Shown: piece by piece, positions 40,789-53,153 of the stretch
How the letters are laid out: the number at the start of each line of letters is the position of its first letter
Position numbering within the stretch: the stretch's first letter is position 1
Source: Octopus vulgaris
Lineage: Eukaryota
Direction of reading: 5' to 3'
Length of the DNA stretch: 64,000 nucleotides
Assembly (NCBI GenBank): GCA_951406725.2
Contig: OX597831.1
Span: forward strand, 83,638,001 to 83,702,000
Program-made: the position numbers and the translations under genes
Notes under the pieces: model-generated
The model's database searches: none
Told to the model about the DNA's origin: nothing
The model's input: the letters and a program-made list of their open reading frames with translations, nothing else

Positions 40789-43700
40789 ATATATATGCAT
40801 ATAAAAATGTGTATATAAAATATATAGAGAGAGGAGAGCTTGCCAGATGTTGACCTAGTAGAGGGACCAGCTATCTGAATAGACAGCTCCCTGGTAGATA
40901 AAGCAATTAAGTGTATGAAGCCAGAAAAAGCCGCTGACCCATCAGGAATCACTGCTGAGATACTTAAAATATCTGGTGGTGTGGGCTATGGCCTAGTCAC
41001 CATATTGTAAACCAGGCAGCAGCACCATAGTGAATTGCTACAAGGGTAAAGGTGATGCTCTAGATAGAAATAACTACAGGGGTATCAAACTGCTGGATCA
41101 GGTGATGAAGGTCACTGAGAGGGTCATAGCCCATCTCATGAGGGAGAGAATCTGCTTAGATGAGATGCAGTTCGGTTTTGTGCCAGGTAGAAGCACAACT
41201 GCAGAAATACCTAGCTAAACCCCTATACTTAACTTTTGTGGACTTGGAGAGAGCCTTTGACAGGGTCAAAACACTGAGTTTTATAGATATATATTTTATA
41301 TATCATCGTCATCATCATCATCATCATTATTGTTTAATGTCTGTTTTCCATGCTAGCATGGGTTGGACAGTTCGACCAGGGTCTGGGAAGCCAGGAGGCT
41401 GCACCAGGCTCCAGTCTGATCTGGCAGTGTTTTCTACAGCTGGATGCCCTTCCTAACACCAACCACTCCATGAGTGTAGTGGGTGCTTTCTATGTGCCAC
41501 CAGCACAGGGGCCAGAGGAGGCTGGCAATGGCCACAACTGGTTGGCATTCTTTACGTGCCACTGGCACAGAAGCCAGTCAAGATGGCGCTGGCATCTGCC
41601 ACGTTTGGATGGTGGTTTTTACATGCCACTGGCACAGGTATCACAACTACAATTTCCATTTGATTTTCATTTTGATGTTAATATACATGACTCAGTAAGT
41701 CTCCTCAAGCACAGCAGGTTGCCCACGATCCAATGTACTCACTTTATTTGCCGGGTCTTCACAGTCACAGCTTCCACACCCAAAATTTCTTTTCTAGTTC
41801 TGGTAGTGATTTTGCTATGAGGGACAGGTCATCAGCATAGAGGAGCTCCCAGGGGCAACCCGTTTTGAATTCCTCTGTTATTGCCTGGAGGACTATGATG
41901 GATAAAAGGAGACTGAGGGCTGAACCTTGGTGGAGCCCTACTTCTACCCAGAATTCTTCACTACAGTATGTGTATGCTTTTTATGCGTTTCCACATTTTT
42001 CATCTGATTTTGATGAAAATTTTTTTTATTAAATTGCAAATTTACTCAGGCAGGTCACTGCTTTGGGATACCCATTTCAAGGAGAAAAATCGATAAAACT
42101 GAAGGGAACCCCACCACACCTCTTGCAAAAAAAAAAAAGCAAAAGTTGCACGCAAGCAAAGTTTTTATAGGAATGTCCAATTTCTATAATTTTGGTGTCA
42201 AAAGGACCGCCATGTTGTGACATTGCAGATGAATATTTTGGCACTGCTTTGGACCCCTGATTCCCAAGAAAATTGTGGAAAACATTTTTGCAAAGTTACA
42301 CGGTAGAAAACTTTCTACTGGAAAGTCTGATTTCCTTGGTTTCTCTGGCTAAAAAACCACCATGTAATGGCGGTTCTATCAAGTATCTGTTCTGTGTCCA
42401 AAGGCATCTGTGTGTGACAAAACAATGTGAGAAACGGTGAAAAAATCGATTTTATACACTTTTTACCCCTTTAAATCTTCAAAAACTTCTCACTGCTTTG
42501 GTAGATTGCATTCAAACTTTAGACACTATTTACTCACCCTAAGGATAAACATTATTTACATTATTTACAATTGATAGATATTTGTCCTCATCTTTGTTGT
42601 TACTACAATGTTTTGGCTGATATACCCTCCAGCTTTCATCAGGTGTCTTGGGGAAATTTCGAACCAGGGTTCTCATTCCTAAGGTATTTTTTTATGTGGT
42701 TGTTATTATTATTATTATTATCATTATTATTAGTATTGAGTGAGAGAGCAGTGCATGCCATCAAAGTGACACTGGGGTAAAATATACGAAGCCCAGTATA
42801 CCCATCATGACTACCCGTCTGATAAGGGTACACCAGGCACATGCATCACAACCATATGTGTGCGACATGGTGATATTATTATTATTAGTAGTAGTAGTAG
42901 TATTATTCAGGTCACTGCCTAGAAGCAAACTCGGAATCTTGGGGTTAGTAGCCTGCACTCTTAACCACTATGCCATATGCCTGTGGTCAATTATAGAGTG
43001 AATTTTAGGGCTTATAAATCTAATATTCTCCTATCCTTCCTTAATACAGGTTCCCATATGCTGCTCATATCTGCACTCAGTCTGCTTAGGAGGTTGTTGT
43101 GTCCTAGCATATGTGCTGCTTCTTTTAGTTTTCATATTTTAACTTCATCCCACAGGGGTAGGTGGTCTCCATTTTTCCATACATGATCACCTATACCCGA
43201 TTTATCAATATCTCCCTGTGTCACAGCTTTGCGATGTTCGTCTACCCTTATTTTGAGGGGGCAGCATGTTTCACCTTTGTATAATCTATCACAGCTGCAT
43301 GGGATGGAGTACACGCAGTCTTTGGTCATGTTCTCTTCTATTGGTGATTTTATCCGAAGGAGATATTTGCAAAGTGTTGTATTACTCTTGAATACTGTCC
43401 TGATGTCATATGGGCCGCATATCTTTTGTATCTTTTCAGAGAGGCCTTTCCCATAGGGTAGACAGACTGTGGACAGTTTATCGGTTTCATCCTCTCTTTT
43501 CTTCATAATTGGAGTGGAGAGTATGCTTTTGGGGTAGATGTTGCTTAATAGATTGTTACTGAGCTTGATCATTTCTTCATGGTGGGTTTCATGATTGCTA
43601 CTTATATACATATTGCTTGATGTTTTAGGCACTGAGCAATCCCTCTCTTTACACTGTATGGATGGTGGGAGTTGAAGTTGAGGTATTGTCCAGTGAAGGT

Positions 43701-45082
43701 TGGCTTGCGGTATACAGATGTCTTGAATCCATACTTGGTGCATGTTATTAATACGTCCAGGAATGCTAGCTGATTGTATTTCTCTTTTTCCATTGTGAAC
43801 TGTATGGATGGCTTTATTGAGTTCACATGATCTAACAGCACTTGGTAGGGCCAGAGTATGAAGGTGTCATCAACATATCACAGCCATAGGGTTGGTTTTA
43901 GTGGTGTTGATCCTAAAGCCAAATTCTCAAAGTATTCCATGGCTATTATTGGTGATGATAGCGAACCCATAGCTAAACCTTCTGCTTGTCAATATATATC
44001 AGTGTCCATTCTGAAATAGGTAGTTTATGCACAGAAGGTCAACATTTCCATCAAGTTTCTTATCAGTATACTAGAGCATTCTTTTAGATGGTGTCTGTCA
44101 CTAGTTTTTCTTGAATCATCGATAGTGCTTCACCAGTTGGGACTTTGGTGAACAGACTTATCACATCTAGATTCACCATCTGGTTGGATTCAATGGGGAT
44201 ATCCTTGATCAATTCTGTGAAGTGGGTGGAATTCTTCACGTACGATGTTGACTTTCCTGCTAATGGACTGATTACATCCACAAGGAAGCAACTCAGTGGA
44301 TGACATGCTGAACCTCTACAGCTCACTAAAGGTCTTAATGGAATACCATCCTTGTGAATCTTACAAAGACTGTACATGTGTGGTAGTTTACTATGGTGTT
44401 GAGTCAGTTGTCTGTACTTCATTGGTGTAAAGGGTCCTTGTTCTTGATCAAGATCTGTGGCAACTTCCTCTCTGTCTTCAAAGTAGGGTCTTTCTTTCCT
44501 TTGCTGTAGCTACCATCACTTATAAGACTTGCCAGTTTTTCCGAGGAGTCAATTGTAAATAATGTAAATAATGTACATAATTCCTCATCTCTTAAATATA
44601 GAACTGTATTACCTGAAGATAAAGATAGGAGATTCCGATATGCACAGAATTCATCCGTGTATGACCAACAATTGCAAAAAACTGTTTTTTTGTCCTTAAA
44701 TCCCTCATTTTTGACCAAATTGGTCCAAATCTCACATGAACAGTACAGATGACTCAACAAATGTTTAAAACTATTTTCAGTTAATATTCTTTATTTAACT
44801 TGCGACAGATCTACGAAATACTGTGAAACATCATCTTTGTGCATTTTTGCAGAGTTACACCCAAGAAAGCTGTTTCAAGGAATGCGATTTCTTTTGCTTT
44901 TTTTTGCAAAAGAATTGCGTCATTTCTGGAAAGTATTTGTTCTTTGTCCATCAGTATCCGGGTTCTACAGAAAACTGCAAAACATGGACACTCTTCCCCT
45001 TCCAACAGCTTCACCTTTTTGCAGAGGGCTAGGTCAAACTTCCACTCTCACTAACTCCTTCACGTGTGAAAATGACTAATGG

Positions 45083-45117
<35 letters not shown>

Positions 45118-48100
45118 GTCATCCCATAAGTTCTGTCCAAATTTTGAATAAAGAAAACAAGTGATCAAATGTTATATTTAATTGAAATTTAATCATCAAT
45201 GTACTTTCCCTGATTATCTATGACTTCCTTCCATCTATTTACAAGATTTTTAATCCCATCAATGTAAATCTCTTTTGGTTTCAAAGCGAAGAACTCTGCA
45301 ATGTCAGTTTCGACCTCCTCCTGGCTTGTGAAAGTTATGTCCCCCAAATGATTCTGTAAAGTATGAAACAAATGGTAATCTGAAGGAGCAAGGTCAGAAG
45401 AATAAGGTAGATGAAGAATTTTGGGATCTTTTCCTTTTGATAACCAGATTTCAACACAATTTCTAGTTAACTAAACAATTTGAAACTTTATATACTGGTA
45501 GAATGTGTCAAAAGAAAACATTATTTTCACTTGGCTTTTTTGATAAATTTGTAATTTGTAAGTTTAACGTAGTTTAATTCTTCGAATTTTAACCAATCCT
45601 ATGCCCTCTTTTGAGCTGAAATCATTTGCTGCATCTAAAAACTCAGAAAACATCCTGTTACTGTTAACGCAAACAGCACACACACACACACAAGTGTTAT
45701 TCATCCTTCTCTCTTCTGTCTGTCTCGCTCTTTAGTCATCCGCACACATAAATGTTATACATACATCTGTGCGTACGCACATGTTTATATATTTATACAC
45801 GCACACACATTTCATTCCTGATTTAATGTTTGTTTTCGTTAGCATTCGTGAGTTCGATATCAGGCTAACCTACCGGCCCCACAGTGGGATTTTTTTTCTT
45901 TACGATTATTAGTAAATTCACGTTTATTTATCAATATCGATAACGAATTACTGCCGTTGTTTAGACCAGTCCAGTACATAACTGGTACTTAATTTATCCC
46001 TAACCCTAACCCTAACCCTAAACCTAAACCTAACCCTAACCCCTAACCCTAACCCTAACCCCTAACCCGAACCCTAACCCTAAACCTAACCCCTAACTCT
46101 AAACCTAACCAAAGCTAGCGACCGAGGCCGGAAGGCTGTCACGAGATAGGGTTAGGGTTAGGGGTTAGGTTTAGGGTTAGGGCTTAGGGTTAGGGATAAA
46201 TTAAGTACCAGTTATGCACGCACGCACTGGTGTCAATAGAGCCCCTTGCCGGAACAAATTTACACGAAAGGTAAATAAACCAGAAATGGGGGATCAATGT
46301 TTCATCGTTTCGGGGTCGATAAATTATGTACCTGGTGTCGAGGATCTTTTTCCCAATTTATATCACAGCCTCCGACAAGCTGGGGTATCCTTTTATGAAA
46401 AAATATTTCGCAAATTTTTACAATACAAACCACACTCCAAGCGCACCCTCATATCCCGCTCTAGACCAATTTGGGCATATTATTGTTTTGTTTTTGTTGT
46501 TTTTGGCCCTTCAAAACCATGGTAAAAAAAAATTAAGAAAATATTAAAAAAATATTGTTAATGTTTCTAGCACATGCCAACACAACCCTCCTCATTTGTT
46601 TATCAATATCGATAATGCAGCAATAGATTTCAGCTCAAAAGATTGGTTAAAATTCGAAAAATTAAAATACGTTAAACAAACGAATTACAAATTTATCAAA
46701 AAAGCCAAGTGAAAATAATGTTTTCTTTTGACACATTCTACCAGTATACGAAGTTTCAAATCGGTTAGTCAACTAGAAATTATGTTGAAATCTGGCTATC
46801 AAAAGGAAAAGATCCAAATTTTTTCCCAACCAAGCTCTTCGATCTTCTGTGATGTGATCTTTGCAGTGTGGGGTCATGCATTGTCCTGACAAAACATCAC
46901 TCCTTTTCGATTCACTAAAGCGGGTCTTTTCTTCTTCAAAGGTTGGTTCAAATGCTCTAATTGCTAACAGTAGACTTGAGTATTAATTGTTGCATAAGGT
47001 GGTAACAATTCAAAGTGAAATTACTCCTTTGAAATCCCACCAGATAGAGAGAAGAACCCTTTTCCCATGAAGTTCCCTTCTCGGTTGTGGTTGAGTTTTT
47101 CCCTTTTACCAAGCCACTGTTTATGAAATTTAACATTTTGATAGAAGATCCATTTTTTGTCACCAGTCACAAGTCTATCCAAAAAGGGTGAAATGAGTTC
47201 GCGAGAATGGTGAGAAGGGCAGATGTCAACTTGGGATTTGTGGTTGCTTTTGGACAATTCATGAGGCACCCATTTTCCAAGTTTAGGAACCTTTCCAAGT
47301 TGCTGAAGATGATGATGAACAGTTGTATGGTTTGAACTAAGCTTTATTACCAATTCTTCAACTGATAATGCAGGATTTTCTTCAAGTAATGCCTCAAGGA
47401 GCTTATTAATTAACTCAATTGGACGTCCTATTTGATCTTCATCTTCAAGGCTGAAATCTCCACTTCTGAATTTTGCAAACCATCTTCTGCAAGTTCTTTC
47501 ATTCAAGCATTCTTTCCCATAAACTGAGTGTATGTTTCGAGTCGCTTCGACTGCAGAGTTTCCTTTTTGCACTCATAAAGCATTATGTGCCTCAAATGTT
47601 CTTTGGATACTTTCATGTTAGAAAGGGTTTTAATCAAAGAAATTTTAATTTTATTATTTTGTAAAATAATATTTAATTAGTTTAAACCTACACAAATGCA
47701 TAAAAATAATTTTTAATTCCATTTGACCTTTTTTAAGAATTTGATTCCCTTCCCCACCATCTTCCATTTTCTTTTTTTTTTAACTACACACTTAAAAACA
47801 ATGGGAAATGTCCTTTCAGTAAAAATAAAAGAAATTTTGAAAATTTAAGAATTGATTCAAACCCTCCCTCTACTCAATACCAATTTTGACCATTTTATTT
47901 ATTTATCTATATATTTTTTGCACTACTCACTTAAGAACAATGGTAGAACTCCTGAAGATCAAAAAAAAGAAATTTTGGAAATCAGCAATTACAATCTTCA
48001 CTTCCTTCATTTTCAAACAGAAAATGAAACAATTTAAAAACATTGGTGAAATATTTTAAAAACTTTTTCGTAAACATTGCCATCAGCCAACACCATAAAT

Positions 48101-48431
48101 CCTAAAATTTGGGATTTTTCTAAAAATTTTTTTTTATCATAAAATACAGACAGTCTGAATCTGCAACTTTTTCTGTTTAAATTTCAATATAATTTTCAGA
48201 CTGAACAATGTGTGATTTAAGGGAGATGTAGCTGTTGTTTCTAGCACATGATACGACCACTTAGTACCTTCCCTGTTTCTTTGTCACTCTGACATGTATT
48301 GATGCTTTTCAATATTTTTCTCCCCATAAACACATTTTATGGAATGATGCAGTGGAACATTGCAGTGGCTTAAACAACAAGGAAAATTTTGTAATATAAA
48401 TTTTTAACTCCTACTCAGCACCAAGTGAGTA

Positions 48432-48484
<53 letters not shown>

Positions 48485-51400
48485 ATGAAAAACCATATTT
48501 ACTAAAATAAATTATCTTTTACACACTTTTCTTAAGTCATTCCATCACCCTAATTAAATACCTTACTCACACACACACACAGTGATATACATTTACATAG
48601 AGAGAGAGTATGATAGATATATAGAAAGAGGGGGAAGTTTACAATGAGGAACACAAAAAATGAAAGAAATAGACAAGTAGAGAGAATGATCTTTTCTGTT
48701 GTGATAGATTTTTAAATTTTTAAATTAAGAGAAAATTTTCAAATTTGGTACATTAACGTACTTTTTCACACTGAATCTGGTTTTGTGATTCTTTGCTTCT
48801 AGAAAAATTTTAGAAAAATGTTAGAGCGGTTTAAATTTGATAATTTTTACCTAATCAAAAACCAGGATTTGAAAGCTAGCATTTTGTGCATGCTGAAAGT
48901 AATCATTATAAGATGGGGTTTTAAGCAGAATGGAAGTAATGCACAAGAGTGTGGAAAATATATAGGGAGAGTAAGGTATAAAGGGGAGAGAATGTGAGGT
49001 GAGAGACAAATAATGAGAGATTTGTCGATCTAAACGTATTATATCTCATAGCAAATTATATTTGTTAATTAATTGTTAATTATCATTTATGAACAACCTC
49101 TTCTTTGGGAGGCAGATTTTGAAAATCAAATTTGTTTTTCTCGAGAACACATTGTTTCAGAGCCTTTCAGGAGTAAGCACACACGCATCATCACATACAC
49201 TCTCACTTATTGAGTTGCTATATAAAGCCTTCAATTCTGTGCCACACAAGCAACTAAAGGCCAGACTCTCTGCAACTGGTTGTGAAAGAATTTGCATCAT
49301 CAGTATGGAATCCCAGTCCTGCTCAACATATCGCTCTCCTGGTAACTATTTTCAGACATGCAACCAGACAAATATCCACCATTAGGAATCAATCATACTT
49401 TGAACATTTTGCTTCCTTTCACATGGACACATTAAAGCTCCAACAGCCGGCAAATGACTTGGTAGACAACCACAACATGGTCCACGATCTTTCCAGCAAC
49501 AACTTTGGGCACCTTTTTGAATTCCATGTGTCTAACACTTATGGACATACTTACAAAATCAGAAAACAACACAGCACCCATCATCATCATCCTCATGTGT
49601 TTTACATCCGGGTTTGGTCCCCATTAACAGGGGTGGCCAGATCTACCTCAATGCCATAGCAATTGCCCTCACACCATCTTGCCAACCCTCCCAATCTCCT
49701 CTTCCACCTGTCCCCTCCATGTTTTCCTCAGTCTACCTCACTTTCGTGGTCCATTTATCAAGCACCCTTCTCAGAACCTGCTCCTCATCCCTCCTCAACA
49801 CATACCCATACCACCACATTCCATTCACCCTTGCCAGTCGTTCCACTGATTCCTCTAACCCCAGCATCCCCATCAAGTCCTCAGTCTTCCTCTTATCAAA
49901 CAGCTTCACTCAGAATTGCTAAAGCATGGAATAAACTACCCGCATCAGTTGTTAGTTGCTGGGACACTACATCCTTCAAAACTTCCATGGTTCCTGAAAT
50001 TTGCCAGCAGTACACCTGTTATTCCCCCCACCCCATTTTTTAAACTATTCATTCACTGTTCACTTTCTGGGCATTATTCTATATAATGTACGCTGGGCCT
50101 CATAGAGGCAATGACAAAATACCAAGATCTCTGGAGATATGCTGTGACTGCGAAGACCCGAGAAATAAAGAGAGTTCATGGCTGTATCCTACACCAGCTT
50201 CACACAACCAGCCCCAGCCCATTCAAAGGATCTTGGATCGCAGGACAGCCTGCTGTGCTTACCTTGGATCGTAGGGTGACCTGTTGTGCTTGAGGAGACC
50301 TATTGAGTCAAGTATAACATCAAAATAAAAATCAAATGGAAATTGTAGTTGTGATACCCGTGCCGGTGGCATGTAAAAAGCACCATCCGAACGTGGCCAA
50401 TGCCAGTGCCACCTTGGCTGGCTTCTGTGCCAGTGGAATGTAGAAAAAACCAAACAATTGTAGCCATTGCTAGCCTCCACTGGCCCCTGTGCCGGTGGCA
50501 CATAAAAAGCACCCACTACACTCACGGAGTGGTTGGCGTTTGGGAAGGGCATCCAGCTGTAGAAATACTGCCATATCAGACTGGAGCCTGGTGCAGCCTC
50601 CTGGCTTCCGAGACCCCGGTCAAACTGTTTAACCCATGTTAGCATGGAGAACGGACGTTAAACAATGATGATGATGATGATTGTACATGTACTTTTGGCT
50701 ACCATTTCTGATGAGTTGTAGTGCACCAAGCAATGTATACATTGTATACAAAGTTCATTGTATTTATACATATATATATAATCAAAATAAGCATCTGGAT
50801 ATCAAACAGTGATGCAGTATGACTGTTTCAAGCAGCTCCATTTAATTAAACAATGCAATCATTACATCAATTTAAAAGCAGTGCCATCTTCAGCTGCACA
50901 AATAAATAAATAGAATTTTAACAAGTAGGACACATTAACATAATTTTTCCAAAATATTTTAACAGAGGAAGAAGATGGAAGAAATTCATGTTGTCAAACC
51001 ACTAAGTTATGGAAACGTAAACACACCAACACTAGTTGTTGAGTGTTGACGGAAGAATAAACACAGACACACACAGATACATATACATATAAATACGATG
51101 GGCTTCTTTCAGTTTCCATCTACCAAATCCACTAACAAGGCTTAGGTCAGTCCAAGGCTATAGTAGAAGACACTTGTCCAAAGTGCCACACAGTGCGACT
51201 GAACCCAGAACCATGTGGTTGGGAAGCAAGCTTCTTACCACACAGCCACTCTTACGCCCATGGTTAACCACATACTTTAAGCTGGAAACAGGATCTTGTA
51301 TGTGGTTAACTGAAAGTTTTAATTCATTTTCTTTCTTCTGCTAGTCTGTGTTATTCTCGGAGAATTTATGGTGGTAATAGTGTCTTTAGACGTCTGTTTT

Positions 51401-51526
51401 TCAGTGCATGGTGAGGCACAAGCCAAGCCCTTGTTATGATTACGTATATAATTATAAAATATTTGTAAAATTTTTTTTTTATTTCCATGCAGACCACCTG
51501 GTAAAAATCATTAATGATTTTTACCC

Positions 51527-51608
<82 letters not shown>

Positions 51609-53122
51609 GCATCCATCCAACCTATGCTAGCATGGAAAATAGACATTAAATGTTGATGATGAAGATATATGTGTGTGTGTGTGTGGCATATTAGCAATTT
51701 AAAACCTAAAGGCAAATTTATAAACATCCCTAAAGTAACAAGGGTACAAAGTAGTACCAGTATTGCTAGAAATAAGAGTCAGAACAACTCATTAGCCACA
51801 CAAAATCTCAATTCTTGTCAGTGGATCTTACTGCACCTAGAGTTATGTTCAACTCACCTCGCCAACTTATGAGAAAAAAAACCATTGAAAGTATGCGTTG
51901 TCTCAAAATGGTAGATGTGTATACTATAAATAATGTAGGATCCACTGATGAGAATTGAGATACCCTGCATCAGAATTCAAAATCACATGATGCGGGTATT
52001 TCTGCTATTTCAGTAAGGAGCTTTGTCTCAGTAAAGCAGAGCGCTCTGTCTCTCTCGTAAACCTACTAAGATTGTGCTTTTTGTGGCTAATGAGTTGTTT
52101 TGACTCCTATTTCTAGCAATACTTTGTACCCTTGTCACTTTAACAATACGATTTTTAATCGAGATATCAACCTTTATTTATCCTTTTCAAACATATTTTT
52201 ACCTCATGTAACTCTTATTTCTTTCTAAATAATATATAGATATGTTCCTTGTCTTCATGTAATTTTATATTATAACCCATGCTAGCATAGAAAGTGGACA
52301 TTAAACAATGATGATGATGATGATGATGTATTTATTATGTTGATGTAAATCATACATATAAAATGATTATCTAAATTTTTGTTTCTTCATATACCATGTT
52401 ATATATATATATATACATATATATGATAGACAGAAACTAAAAGAAGTCCATCATATGTATGTGTGTGTGTGTGTGCATGTATGGCTGGTTGCCTTTATGT
52501 ATATGTGCATAAATGTAGTTGGGAATGTTTATATGTTTGTGTCTGCTTGTCTTGATGTCTACATAGCTGCAGGTACAATAAGCCATCTTAAAGTGAGTGA
52601 AGATTGCATTCTTTGAAAGAATTTGTGAAAGTCATAATTTGAATTCTGTATTAGTTAAGTGTTTCTAATGAAGACCAGTAATTAATGCAATTCAATATCT
52701 GTCATAAACTAATAAACTATAAAGATACTGAAGCATGATGTATCAATACTGAAATGCTGTTGCTTACCATTATTGATGCACTCATCAAAGCCTTGTTCTC
52801 GTAGGCATAGAGCAAAGATTTAAATAGTTCTGCTTTCTTCTCTTGGCTTCTGTATTCACTTAATCTTACACTTTCTCCCACACCTCCAGTCATATCAACC
52901 ATAGCATCACGAGATTTCCCTCCTGTTAGGGCTTCATAAGATCCAAACAATCTATCAAAATATTGACAGGGCATATAATTGTTTGTTACTTTTAGACAAA
53001 AGAAAAAAATACAGAAGAGAGAGAAAATAGAATCTAATGATATTTATGCCTTTCCCAAAGTGTGTGTGTGTGTGTATTTAGGATGAACTGATGGATGGAT
53101 GATTGAATGGACAGATGGTGGA

Positions 53123-53153
<31 letters not shown>

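Larger units (their letters stand above)
45114..47690 (-). mobile_element. Second mariner (DD34D), interrupted by a nested TIR element; 5' TIR not found
   Basis: ATG at 47616; [48 protein letters not shown]; stop at 45189; TIR TCAGGTCATCCCATAAG next to (TA)n. Confidence 0.92.

Noticed and set aside
45998-46195. Chromosome end-to-end fusion scar
   Set aside because: A fusion would read (TTAGGG)n then (CCCTAA)n; the order here is reversed and the arrays lie within a transposon in an intact gene's intron.
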